Below are positions 9,037 to 18,628 of a DNA stretch of 64,000 nt, in pieces (position 1 is the stretch's first letter; every line of letters starts with the position of its first letter). Source of the DNA: Vulcanimicrobiota bacterium (lineage in GTDB: Bacteria > Vulcanimicrobiota > Xenobia > Xenobiales > JADMJV01); assembly GCA_050250895.1 (NCBI GenBank), contig JBFWNU010000001.1:1352008-1416007 (forward strand), in the 5' to 3' direction. The notes under the pieces are model-generated. The model ran no database searches. It worked only from the letters and a program-made list of their open reading frames with translations, and was not told the origin of the DNA. Position numbers and translations under genes: made by a program.

Positions 9037-10610
9037 CCAGTCGCAAGAACAAAGCCGAACTCAGGGTTAGCAACTCGATCCACGACCGCCTTCAGATGGA
9101 GTCGACCTATATTTTCGATCTCCAGGCGGGCCCGGGCGAGCAAGCCCGTCGTTACTCGGCCGACATGTACATCTTCATCCCGACCTCGTTGGGCATCAAT
9201 CGTGACACCTACGATCGGGAGAGCTTCTTCAAGGATGTCACCTCCTACTTTCGTATCCGCACTCCCTCGGTCCGCGCCTGGTGGGATGCCTCTCCCGAGG
9301 ACTTTGCCATCGATTCGCTCGAGCGCTACCTGGGGGCTCACCTCGACACCTTCGAGCGCAAAGCTCTGGTGGCTCGGGCCGTGCAAGAGGTCAAGGTGTT
9401 CGGCAGTTTTCTGCACACCCGCCTGAAGAATCTCGAGAAGCGCGCCCGCAAGCGCGCCGCCGGTCGCAACGACGAGACACCGGCCTTCCTGCTGTCGCGG
9501 GTCGAGCGCTGGTTGGCGGTGATGGGCACTTTTCGACGCCGTTATCTCGAGCGCATCCGCAACGAGGCTCTGCTGGTCGATGATGAAGTGCTGCGGGCGC
9601 TCCATCTCACCGATGAGTACCTCTCCTACCGCATCGAGGTCATTTTATTGCGAGTGCGTGAAGCCCTGGTCGATCTCAAGGAGCCGCTCGAACGTCACCT
9701 TCAGGCCGAGGCGCGTTATCGGCGCGAGCATGAGCTGGTCTGTCTCGAGGATCGGCCCGACCAGGGCCGCCAACTCGAGGCCTACACCTATCGGCTCGGC
9801 TTGCTCAAGAAATATCTCTCGCAGGCGCTCTATCTCAAGCTGGAGGAGGCTAAGCGAGACGCCTTCTATCGCAACGGCGCGGCCGCCGTGGGGGCCGGTC
9901 TGGCGGCCACCTTCGCGGGGCTGGCCGAGCAGCAACGCATCCAATACCTGAGCGGCCACGACTCGGGGCATCGATTGGCTCTGCTCTTGATCATGGCCGT
10001 AGCCGCTTATGTCTTCAAAGACCGCATCAAAGACCTGAGCAAGGAGTACTTCAATAACCGGCTCAAACACAAGCTGCCCGACCATCGCTATCGGATCACT
10101 TATCCTCATGTGGCCACCGATGGCAAAAAGGACGAGATCGAACTGGGTTTCATCCAGGAGTTCATGCGCTATCTGAGCGACTTGCCCGACGAGGTGGCTT
10201 ATCTACGCACCATCGAGAAGCGAGCCGACAATGACCCCCGCCGCAACGAGACCGTGCTCCATCTCTCCCGGATGTTTGACTTCAACCTGCGCCCGGTGGG
10301 CGACTTCCGCTACATCAAGAATGTGCTTCGGCTGGATTTTAGCGAGTTTCTGGCCAAATTGGACAACCCGGCCAAAGCGGTGCGCTACTACCAACCGCGC
10401 CAGGGCCTGCGAGTGGTCCAGGCACCCAAGGTCTATCACCTCAACGTGGTGATGCGTTACGAGACACTGTTCGGAGGCGCAGCCGCGCCCTTGCGCCGGC
10501 GCATCGATTTCGAGCGCTTTCGAGTGGTGCTGAACAAGAACGGTATCGTGCGCATCGAGCGGGTCATCGGCGGGGGCGAACTGGCTTACACTGAAGAGGT
10601 CCACGCTTGA
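9033..10610 (+). CDS. Hypothetical protein with central hydrophobic hairpin
   Basis: 525-aa ORF overlapping both neighbours by 4 nt; two hydrophobic segments before YVFKDRIK. Confidence 0.8.
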   Translation: MTSRKNKAELRVSNSIHDRLQMESTYIFDLQAGPGEQARRYSADMYIFIPTSLGINRDTYDRESFFKDVTSYFRIRTPSVRAWWDASPEDFAIDSLERYLGAHLDTFERKALVARAVQEVKVFGSFLHTRLKNLEKRARKRAAGRNDETPAFLLSRVERWLAVMGTFRRRYLERIRNEALLVDDEVLRALHLTDEYLSYRIEVILLRVREALVDLKEPLERHLQAEARYRREHELVCLEDRPDQGRQLEAYTYRLGLLKKYLSQALYLKLEEAKRDAFYRNGAAAVGAGLAATFAGLAEQQRIQYLSGHDSGHRLALLLIMAVAAYVFKDRIKDLSKEYFNNRLKHKLPDHRYRITYPHVATDGKKDEIELGFIQEFMRYLSDLPDEVAYLRTIEKRADNDPRRNETVLHLSRMFDFNLRPVGDFRYIKNVLRLDFSEFLAKLDNPAKAVRYYQPRQGLRVVQAPKVYHLNVVMRYETLFGGAAAPLRRRIDFERFRVVLNKNGIVRIERVIGGGELAYTEEVHA

Positions 10611-12310
10611 CGCTCGCAGCCGCAGCCAGAGCCTTTGGGGGCCTGGGTCTATTCTTCTTTGCCCTGCGCTTTTTGACCAGCCGCCTGGATCAATCCATTT
10701 CGTCGCGCTTTCGCCCCATTCTGGACCGCATTCTGGCCAACCCGCCTCGCTGCCTGGCCTTTGGCGTGCTGGCCACGGCTCTGGTTCAAGCTTCCAACAT
10801 CACCATCGTGACCGTGATGGGTCTGGTCGACAGCGGGTTGGTGACCCTCGAGCACGGCTTTTTCGTCATGCTCGGGGCCACTCTGGGCACGACCCTCAAG
10901 ACCTGGTTCTTTGCTTACACCTTCGAACTTGGGCCTATCCTGGTAGGGATCGGCTCGCTGGCTCTGCTGGTAGCTCGTAACGCTTTGGTCCGCGAGGCCT
11001 TCCAGATTCTGACCTCGATCGGCCTGGCTTTTCTCGGCTTGCAGATGATGATGAGCAGTCTGGCCGGACTGGCCCAATTGCCGGCGTTCAACGCGCTGAT
11101 GGGTCGCTACGACGCTACCAACTTGTCGGGCCAGGCCCTGGCGGTGTTGGTGGGGGCTCTGCTGACGGCGGTGCTGCAGTCGTCGAGCGCTATCGTGCTG
11201 TTGGTGATGAGTCTGGCCTCTCAGCAGCTGGTGACGGTGCCGACGGCCGCGGCACTGGTGCTGGGAGCCAACCTGGGCACCACCACCACCGCCCTGGTGG
11301 TAAGTCTGCAGGCCGATCGCAACGGCAAGCGCATCGCCCTGGCCAATCTCATCATCAAGGCCGGCGGGGTGCTCATTACCTTACTGCTCTTTCCCTTCTT
11401 CCTGACGGCCGTCGAGGGCGTGGTCGGAATGGTGCTCGAGGCCGCCCGACCAGAGCTGTTGGTGGCCGGTGTGCACACCCTGTTCAACATCATCAACGTG
11501 ATCTGGTGGTGGATCTTCTCGGGGGTGGTGTTGCGAGTGGTCAACAGCGCCATTCCCCTTCGTTCACGTTCCCGGACCGGGCTCTCCAAAGGGGTCCGTC
11601 GCATGCTCAATCAGACACCGCATCGGGCCTTCTTGGAGAGTGTCACCCAGTTCTCCAACTTCGAGCAGATGGTCAAGAGCATCTATGACCATACCTTCAG
11701 AAGTCTGTCCGAAGGGCGCCACCGGAGCATTCTGGCGGCCCGGCGGGCCCGGCTCGAAAGAAACCTCGACTCGCTCAAAGAGACGGTTCACGACCTGCTG
11801 TTCATGGTGTCACGTTCGCAATCTCAGCACCGTTCCCGCGTCCTGGGTATCGTCACCATGGTCGAGTTGTATTCGAGTCTTACCCGCACCTGTTTTGCTT
11901 TTGACGACCATCTCGAGCGCGGCTTCCTCTCCGACGGCTACGAGGTGCCTGAAGAGCTCTCCCGAGCCGTCTCGGTCTTTCGCGAGTTACTCGACGGACT
12001 ATGGTTGGATGTGCTGCGCCCCGACAAAGCCAACGCAGACTTTGGCCCCGAAGGGGTCATGTCGCTCGAAGAGTCGCTGTTGACCTACAATGCAAAGCTT
12101 GGGTCGGGTCATCAAGCCTACACCACCTGGTTGCTCGAGATCGCCGGCTTCATGCGGTCTATTGCCCTGGATCTCGGGCAGATCTCGCAGCTCAAGAGAC
12201 AGGCCGAGATTGCCCGTCTGGTCGAGCCCATCAACGGCGTGCCGAGGCTTCCCGAGATGGGCCCGAAAGAAGAGGCGGAAGGACCCGTAAAGACAGGTGG
12301 GGAAGCCTGA
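10607..12310 (+). CDS. Na/Pi cotransporter family protein with helical (PhoU-like) C-terminus
   Basis: Repeated TALVQAS / TAVLQSSSA and GATLGTT / GANLGTT motifs; HTLFN. Confidence 0.88.
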   Translation: MTLAAAARAFGGLGLFFFALRFLTSRLDQSISSRFRPILDRILANPPRCLAFGVLATALVQASNITIVTVMGLVDSGLVTLEHGFFVMLGATLGTTLKTWFFAYTFELGPILVGIGSLALLVARNALVREAFQILTSIGLAFLGLQMMMSSLAGLAQLPAFNALMGRYDATNLSGQALAVLVGALLTAVLQSSSAIVLLVMSLASQQLVTVPTAAALVLGANLGTTTTALVVSLQADRNGKRIALANLIIKAGGVLITLLLFPFFLTAVEGVVGMVLEAARPELLVAGVHTLFNIINVIWWWIFSGVVLRVVNSAIPLRSRSRTGLSKGVRRMLNQTPHRAFLESVTQFSNFEQMVKSIYDHTFRSLSEGRHRSILAARRARLERNLDSLKETVHDLLFMVSRSQSQHRSRVLGIVTMVELYSSLTRTCFAFDDHLERGFLSDGYEVPEELSRAVSVFRELLDGLWLDVLRPDKANADFGPEGVMSLEESLLTYNAKLGSGHQAYTTWLLEIAGFMRSIALDLGQISQLKRQAEIARLVEPINGVPRLPEMGPKEEAEGPVKTGGEA

Positions 12311-12316
12311 TGAACG

Positions 12317-14029
12317 ATGGCGGCCACTGACTCGGAATCCCCGGGGACCGGCACGGAAGACGCTCCTGCGTATGTTCCCGGCAACCTGCAGCGGATTCTT
12401 GGTCGGATGTGGGCCTGCGACGACGACAAACTCGCGCAGGCCGCCTTGCTCCGCGACGCCCTCGGCTTCTTGACCCGGCTATTTGCCTCGCTTGGAGCCT
12501 GCGCCTGTCAGGAGTTCGAGTTGCTCGATGACGAACTCGAAGAACTGTGGAGCACCACCGCCACCGTGGGGGATTGCCGCAGGTTGCTCGAGTTATCGCT
12601 CAAGCGCCTGCAGCCCGAGATGAAGCACGACCTGGTGCGCCAGTTGATGGCGGTTTTCTTCGAGGTCGAAGGGGATACGTTCACCCCCCGCGAGTTCACC
12701 TCGCACCTGGGTTTCGGACCCGACTCCTCGGTGCCCCAGGTGGTCGATTTTTGCACCGGCCTGGCCGGCGCCTATGACGAGCACCTACCCATTCTCAGTA
12801 CCTGGCTCGAAGCCTCTCGGCCAACCTTGCTCGAATGCGACTATCACTACGAGGCCGGGGCCCAGTTCGGTCAACGCGAGTTGGTGGTCGGTTATCGTCA
12901 GTACCGACTGCGAACCCGTATGGCCGTAAGATTGCGTGAGGCCCGCGCCGATGTGGCCGGAGTCTCGGCGCTGGGGGCCATACCCCTGGGGGCGCCTATC
13001 ACCCCAGAAGAGACCTCCACGAGCGGGCTGACGGCTCTGGTCAGCGAGCTCGCCCGGGTCGAACCCAGCAACGCGGCCAAGGTAACCCCCATAGCCCTTC
13101 CCGCCCTCGGCTACCGCGTCGACTATACGGGCTTTGCCAAGGACCGCGAGGGGCGGCTCGGCCACGCCGGCAAGTTGATCCTGTTTTGTGCTGGAGAGGG
13201 CGTACTCGAGGGAAAGATCAGCTCGACCAATCCCAACTTGCGCATCCTGCCGGCCTTTTTCAAAGGCGAAGAGGTGCGCTGTAGTTTTTGGCTCGACCCA
13301 GCCGAAATGCCCCAACCCGAAGGTTATGTCGAGGTCGAGACAGCCAACGAGACTCGCAAGATTCCCATCGTGGCTTTGCTGCCCCGCTCGCGGATATCGG
13401 ACTTTGGACGCCTGTCGCTGGCCGCCATTCTGCTGGCCCCGGGGGGAGTCGGATTTCTCTATCTGTTCTGGGTGTTCTATTCGACCATTCGCCATGTCCA
13501 GACCGTGCTGGAGAAATACCTCGGCTTCGAATACCGGCAGATCATGCGGGGAGTTCCCGAGGTGGCCCTGCGCCATTCCGGGGTCGGAATTATCGACCTG
13601 GATGTCCAACCCAAGGCCGAGTCGGCTGCTCTTCTTTTTTTGCTGTTCGCGGTGCTGTGCCCGTTGCTGGTGACCAAAATTTTTCGCCACTACCCCCGCA
13701 ATCTGCAACGAGATCTCGGCTGGCTCTATTCGATAGGCCTGATCCTTCCAGTCCTGGGCTTTCTGGCGGTTTGGGACCTGCCGGCGCTCAATCATCCCAT
13801 GCTGGCCCATCACGAGCTGCTGTTTCTCAATTATCGCACTCACTTTCCGTTTTTTGCGGCCTTTAATCTGTTGGCCAGCGCCTATCTATTCTTGTCGGTG
13901 GGAGGACGGATCGACGCCTGGGCTGGAAAGGGGCCGCTGCGGGTGCTGGTGCCGACCGTCCTCTTCGTCGGCTACCTGGTGGCCGTCTTCGGATTGGTCT
14001 ATGGTCGGAGTTGGCTATCGATATGGTAA
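12317..14029 (+). CDS. Hypothetical membrane protein (helical N-domain, Ig/BACON-like domain, about 5 C-terminal TM helices)
   Basis: 570-aa ORF in operon; beta-rich GEGVLEGKISS...VEVET segment; hydrophobic C-terminus. Confidence 0.7.
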   Translation: MAATDSESPGTGTEDAPAYVPGNLQRILGRMWACDDDKLAQAALLRDALGFLTRLFASLGACACQEFELLDDELEELWSTTATVGDCRRLLELSLKRLQPEMKHDLVRQLMAVFFEVEGDTFTPREFTSHLGFGPDSSVPQVVDFCTGLAGAYDEHLPILSTWLEASRPTLLECDYHYEAGAQFGQRELVVGYRQYRLRTRMAVRLREARADVAGVSALGAIPLGAPITPEETSTSGLTALVSELARVEPSNAAKVTPIALPALGYRVDYTGFAKDREGRLGHAGKLILFCAGEGVLEGKISSTNPNLRILPAFFKGEEVRCSFWLDPAEMPQPEGYVEVETANETRKIPIVALLPRSRISDFGRLSLAAILLAPGGVGFLYLFWVFYSTIRHVQTVLEKYLGFEYRQIMRGVPEVALRHSGVGIIDLDVQPKAESAALLFLLFAVLCPLLVTKIFRHYPRNLQRDLGWLYSIGLILPVLGFLAVWDLPALNHPMLAHHELLFLNYRTHFPFFAAFNLLASAYLFLSVGGRIDAWAGKGPLRVLVPTVLFVGYLVAVFGLVYGRSWLSIW

Positions 14030-15060
14030 GAGTCTTCTTGATTCTCTGGTTGGCGGCGCTGCCGGCCCTGGCTCAGAGTTTGACGGGCACCGTGGAATTC
14101 TCGGTCCAGAATCTGGATCCTGACACCGTTTCCAGGGTCGAGTACACCCCTGACGGCAAGTATGTCTACGTCTTCTGCGATCTGCCCGACGGGGGCACCC
14201 GCGCGCTGGTCACCACCAACGTCGGTCTGGTGGTCAGCACCCAGGCTTTCGAAGAGGGCTGGATCGACACCATCGGATTCTCGCGCAACGGTAGCTCGGG
14301 GCTGATGTTGTCCAACTATGGTCGCGAGAAGACCTGGCGGGATTTCGATGGTCGCACCTCCAGACCCGTCGAGTTCGATCCGCCCGACTTCGAGGTGCAG
14401 GCGCCGTTTACCATCCTCGACGACTCGCACGGCCGGCTGGCTACCCGGGGCAGTGACGCCAGCGCCGACTCGAGCGGACTTTATCTCTTGAAAGTGGCCG
14501 GCGACAAGATCAAGCCCGAACTGCTCGCCCGGGATCGCGATATACTGGCCGAATTGGGGCCGCCCGGGCCGCTGCTGGGTTTTGGCTTGAGCCCCGATTT
14601 CGGCTGGTGCGTGCTATCGGTAGCCGGCCGAAAGGAAGGCGAGCTCGAACTCTTTCGCTACAATCTGACCCGCCATACGGGGCTACTGGTGGCGGCTGCC
14701 ACCAGCTTCTTGCCTCCGGCCCAGAGCCGCGGCGGCTATCTGGTCTTTGGGAGTCGCCAGGGAGAAGCCGTGAACTGGCAGTTTCAGAATCCCGACGGCA
14801 AGCTTGCTCCGATCGAGCTAGGGCCCGGAGTCATCGGTCTGGGCGTGCGTGCCTTCCCCGACCAGGATGAGTTCTTGCTGACGGGGGTCCAGGGGTCCCA
14901 AGCCTATATCTTCAAGTTGGGCTCGAGCACGGATTGGACGCCTCGCCAGCTCGAGGTGGCCGCGCCCGAGCCGCCTTTCTATCTGCGCACCGGCCCCGAC
15001 GGTCGCTGGTTGATCTGGACGCGCCAGGGGCTGAGCTTTTATCAGCTCGAGAGCCCGTGA
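14023..15060 (+). CDS. Exported protein, possibly beta-propeller
   Basis: Signal peptide MVRVFLILWLAALPALA; YTPDGKY, FSRNG, LSPDF and GPDGRW blade-like turns. Confidence 0.65.
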   Translation: MVRVFLILWLAALPALAQSLTGTVEFSVQNLDPDTVSRVEYTPDGKYVYVFCDLPDGGTRALVTTNVGLVVSTQAFEEGWIDTIGFSRNGSSGLMLSNYGREKTWRDFDGRTSRPVEFDPPDFEVQAPFTILDDSHGRLATRGSDASADSSGLYLLKVAGDKIKPELLARDRDILAELGPPGPLLGFGLSPDFGWCVLSVAGRKEGELELFRYNLTRHTGLLVAAATSFLPPAQSRGGYLVFGSRQGEAVNWQFQNPDGKLAPIELGPGVIGLGVRAFPDQDEFLLTGVQGSQAYIFKLGSSTDWTPRQLEVAAPEPPFYLRTGPDGRWLIWTRQGLSFYQLESP

Positions 15061-17222
15061 GTCTCGCTCAGCAAAGGGGCGAACTTGGCGTAGCTGTCTG
15101 TTAGCTTCTTGCGATAGTAGGCCAGATTGTAATCGGGATTGGCGGGATCGTAGTCCTTGAGCCGGCGGGCGTGGTTATAGGCACTCACCGAGGCTTTGTC
15201 GCCGGTGATGTAGTAGCGCAGGCTGTCGCCTGCCAGCAGGGGCCGCCGGGCCGCCAGGGCGAGCTCGTAGACAGCCGCCCGGTTGCGCGCGTTGGATTCG
15301 ATCTTGCGTCGATAACTGTTGGGCGAGTCGATGAGTGTCTCACGCTTGGCCAGGCCTTCGATGGGAATCAACCCGCTCTCAAGCCGCGCGAGGGTGTCGG
15401 CATACACCGACTCGAGGCTGGGCGAGCCTTCCAGAGCCGCCCGAATGAGTTGCTCTTGAAACTCGCGCAAGAACGGTTCAAGTGCTCGCGAGCGCAGACC
15501 CGAGCCTCGCGTGATCAGTTCGCCGTCGTGGGTCAACAGAGCATAGTTCTTCATTTTGTGGCAATACATGGCGCGATAATGACCGTCGAGCTCGACTTTG
15601 ACTCCGGCCGGTAACTCGCTATTGAGTTCTTCCATCCAGCCCTCGGGCGAGTGCTGGTCGCCTGGTAGGGTGAAGTAGATGCCGTCGGTATCGACCTCGA
15701 GCAAGGTGGCCCCGCGAGCCCGCAACCAATCCATCATGGTCGAGAGCAGTTCGCGTCCGATGGCGGTGACCTGAGCGGCCTGCTCGAAGTCGGCGAAGTT
15801 GCCCTGGCCGAAGCCGAGATAACCGTAGAAAGAGTTGATCAGAATCTTGAACGTCGTCTGCAAGCCTCCGAAGAAGGTGCGGTCGGGCTCGTTATCGGCC
15901 TCACGTTCGAGTTGGCGCGCCTGCAGGCGAAACTCTCGTAGGTCGGCCAGCATCCCGCGGAAGACATCGAGGCTGTCACCGGCCGGTCGGATCTTGTAGG
16001 AGAGGATGATGGACGGGTAAAGCGAGGCGACGTCGCAGTGAAACACGTCGGTGGCGATGCCAGCGTATTCCTGAGCGGTGAGTCCACCCGCGAAATCTTC
16101 GACTTCAGGCTTGGGTGGCACGGCGGTCCTTTGGCGCAGATACTCGCGCAGGAACAGACTATTGATCCGAGTGGCGTTGCCCCTCAAGATGACGTGCTCG
16201 TAGCGGAACGGAAAGATCTGCGCCTGAAGGAAGTAAGGGTAGCACAGGGTGCGGACCACGGCGGCCAGTTCAGCCAGTTCGCGCTCAGGTAGGCTCTGGC
16301 CCGCCCGAGGGGGCAGGGTCTTGCCGAGATGGCGGGCCACCTCATAGCGGTCGAAAGCCAGCAGTTCGCGACCGCTGACATCGTAGAGTTGGGTGAGAAT
16401 CCAGGAATCGACCAGATCCCTTCCATGGACATACCAGCGATTGTAATCGAGGGTCTTTTCGGCCACGAACATGCGGCTTCGTCGGTAGTGGATCTTTTCG
16501 CCCTCGCGGCCGAGTCGCAGCTCGACTTCGTGGCGGTGAGCTCGGTGGTAAAGAAAGGGAAGGTGAAACTTGAACAGGTCGTGTCCCTCGAGGATATCCG
16601 GGTCGCGCTCCACCACCAACTCTACGAAGCGAGCCAGGATCTCGGGCTCGGGGCCTTCGAGCACGGCGCACCAGCCGGTGGAATCGGCCAGGGCGATACG
16701 TTCGATAACGTCCTGGGTCGGATCGGGACGCTCGTCCTCGCTTTCTTCGTTGGGATAGACCAGAATCTGCAGGCGTTTGACCTGCTCGAGCGTCATCGAG
16801 CCGAACATAGTGCGGCCGGTGGCCATAAGATACTGCTGAGTTTGATCGCTCACGAAGAGTTGAGGAGAACGGGGGTGGCCGGCGGCCAGGCCCGAGGCCT
16901 TGGCGATGTGGCTGCTGATGCGCTTGATGTAGTTCCAGGTGGGGGTTCGCACCAGATAGTTGAAGTGTCCGTCTCCTTCGAGCCGTTCCAGGCGGTACTC
17001 CGGGGGCTTGCGGCTTTTCTCCAGGCCCAACAGATGGTCCGGGTCGGATAACCAGAGGAAGGGCTCGAACGTCTCCTGGGTGGCCCGCACCTCGTCGCCC
17101 TCCCGCCAATAGGCGGTAGCGCCGTCTTTGTGAGCCACCAGATTGACCAGACCGGGTCGTCGATCGGCGCCGAACAGGGCAGGGTTGGCTGAGATGCCGA
17201 GGCTATCCAGGTGGGCATGCAT
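15042..17222 (-). CDS. polB: Family B DNA polymerase (Pol II-like) with degenerate 3'-5' exonuclease domain
   Basis: Motif A DVASLYPSII, motif B KILINSFYGYLG, motif C EVDTDGIYF, KNYAL. Confidence 0.9.
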   Translation of the reverse strand: MHAHLDSLGISANPALFGADRRPGLVNLVAHKDGATAYWREGDEVRATQETFEPFLWLSDPDHLLGLEKSRKPPEYRLERLEGDGHFNYLVRTPTWNYIKRISSHIAKASGLAAGHPRSPQLFVSDQTQQYLMATGRTMFGSMTLEQVKRLQILVYPNEESEDERPDPTQDVIERIALADSTGWCAVLEGPEPEILARFVELVVERDPDILEGHDLFKFHLPFLYHRAHRHEVELRLGREGEKIHYRRSRMFVAEKTLDYNRWYVHGRDLVDSWILTQLYDVSGRELLAFDRYEVARHLGKTLPPRAGQSLPERELAELAAVVRTLCYPYFLQAQIFPFRYEHVILRGNATRINSLFLREYLRQRTAVPPKPEVEDFAGGLTAQEYAGIATDVFHCDVASLYPSIILSYKIRPAGDSLDVFRGMLADLREFRLQARQLEREADNEPDRTFFGGLQTTFKILINSFYGYLGFGQGNFADFEQAAQVTAIGRELLSTMMDWLRARGATLLEVDTDGIYFTLPGDQHSPEGWMEELNSELPAGVKVELDGHYRAMYCHKMKNYALLTHDGELITRGSGLRSRALEPFLREFQEQLIRAALEGSPSLESVYADTLARLESGLIPIEGLAKRETLIDSPNSYRRKIESNARNRAAVYELALAARRPLLAGDSLRYYITGDKASVSAYNHARRLKDYDPANPDYNLAYYRKKLTDSYAKFAPLLSETHGLSS

Positions 17223-17292
17223 GGATTAGCCCATTCGATCCGGGCCTGCCAGGTCCTGGAGGACTGCCTCGAGAGGAGTAGAACGCCTGGCA

Positions 17293-17613
17293 GTGGCTCT
17301 TCAACCCGTCAAAGTCGAGACTGACAACGATAAGGGCATTCTGACCATTAGCTGGAGCGATGGCACGGCTTCGCGTCACTCCATGGATCAGTTGCGGCGG
17401 GACTGCCCCTGTGCTACCTGCCGGGCCGAGCGCGAAAAGATGGCGAAACCTGGTCCGTCGCTACGGGTCATCAGCGGTCCTGTGCTCAGCGAAGGCCAGG
17501 CCCGCATCCTCGAGTTCTCGCCGGTGGGGCGATATGCGCTGGCTTTCGTGTGGAATGACGGGCATTCGACCGGCATTTACACCTACGATTCTTTGCTGGA
17601 CCACCAGCTTTAG
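17293..17613 (+). CDS. DUF971 / GBBH-like N-terminal domain protein
   Basis: WSDG, LRRDCPCATC, VGRYAL..WNDGHSTGIY; GAGGAG RBS. Confidence 0.9.
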   Translation: MALQPVKVETDNDKGILTISWSDGTASRHSMDQLRRDCPCATCRAEREKMAKPGPSLRVISGPVLSEGQARILEFSPVGRYALAFVWNDGHSTGIYTYDSLLDHQL

Positions 17614-17688
17614 TCTTTTAGACTTTTTTCAGGCGCTCCCGGTAGATTATCAATGCAAGAGAAATTCTTCCGAAGGAGTGGACGCAAG

Positions 17689-17907
17689 ATGATTAACCAG
17701 GGCATCAAATTGACTCAGGCTCCAGCCAGCTTCACCGCGATGACCGCCTCCCAGGGTCCTTACGACGCTGCGGCGCCCACTCAGGACACCACCGACGAGA
17801 TGGTTTGGGACGGCCGCACCGGCACTTTCACCTGGTTTCAGGGTCCTCCGGACCTGGCCAAGTTGCTGCAGTCGGGCGGCGGTGGAGCTTGCAGCTTTAT
17901 CGTCTGA
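17689..17907 (+). CDS. Small hypothetical protein (72 aa)
   Basis: AAGGAG RBS before ATG; GC3-rich codons; followed by terminator. Confidence 0.6.
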   Translation: MINQGIKLTQAPASFTAMTASQGPYDAAAPTQDTTDEMVWDGRTGTFTWFQGPPDLAKLLQSGGGGACSFIV

Positions 17908-17926
17908 CCATATAGCGAGACGAACG

Positions 17927-17955
17927 AAAAAGGGAGCCGGCCGGCTCCCTTTTTT
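17927..17955. terminator. Bidirectional intrinsic terminator
   Basis: Perfect inverted repeat AAAAAGGGAGCCGG/CCGGCTCCCTTTTT between convergent genes. Confidence 0.85.
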
Positions 17956-18493
17956 AGTGGATGTGCCCTTCCTTTTCTAACGGCACATCGGGGGCCGCTT
18001 CACCCGAGGCCTCCTTCTCGGCTCGAGCCAGCAAACGCTGTGCGAACGGGTCTTCCACGAGGGTGTCGGCGGCCGTCTTCAGGATGGCCAACTCGCGATC
18101 GTGCATCCCCACCTCGTGATAGGCTGCTCCCAGGTCGCGCTTGAGCAGGTCGTTGTCAGGGTTCGCCTCGACTGCTCTTTGATAGATGGCGACTTCACCC
18201 TCGTGGTCGCCCGCGAAGTGAACGGCTGTGGCCCACTCTTCCCAAGCGGCGTAATAAGCGGGGTAAATCTCGACGCACTTCTTGAGCTTCTCGATGGCCA
18301 CGCCGTCTTTGCCGTCGTGGACGGCCTGGTGGGCTTCCATAAAGAGCGTGTCCGCCTGCTGATAGAGTTTCCACTCCTGGTAGCCGCGCGAGGCTCCCCA
18401 CAATCCGAAAGGTAGCAGCAGCAACACCAGCACGATTTCGATCTTTTGCAGCTTCTGCTTTTCCTTGTCTTTGTAAAATAGGATAAAGCTCAT
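17954..18493 (-). CDS. Membrane-anchored TPR protein
   Basis: N-terminal TM (IVLVLLLLPFGLWG); TPR-like helices (AIEKLKKCVEIYP, YQRAVEANP). Confidence 0.75.
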   Translation of the reverse strand: MSFILFYKDKEKQKLQKIEIVLVLLLLPFGLWGASRGYQEWKLYQQADTLFMEAHQAVHDGKDGVAIEKLKKCVEIYPAYYAAWEEWATAVHFAGDHEGEVAIYQRAVEANPDNDLLKRDLGAAYHEVGMHDRELAILKTAADTLVEDPFAQRLLARAEKEASGEAAPDVPLEKEGHIH

Positions 18494-18628
18494 AGTTCTC
18501 CCTTTTGCTCTGTGTTCACCGTTATACCCATTTCGGGTCGGGTCGGTCACTCCTGGCTCGATCCAGCATGAAGGTTCCCACGCGAGGGGACAGAATTACG
18601 GGCCCAAACAGTGTAGCCTGGAGGAATT

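Noticed and set aside
15042-17613. PolB as marker of a prophage, casposon or pipolin
   Set aside because: No integrase, Cas1, terminal repeats, phage genes or compositional shift nearby
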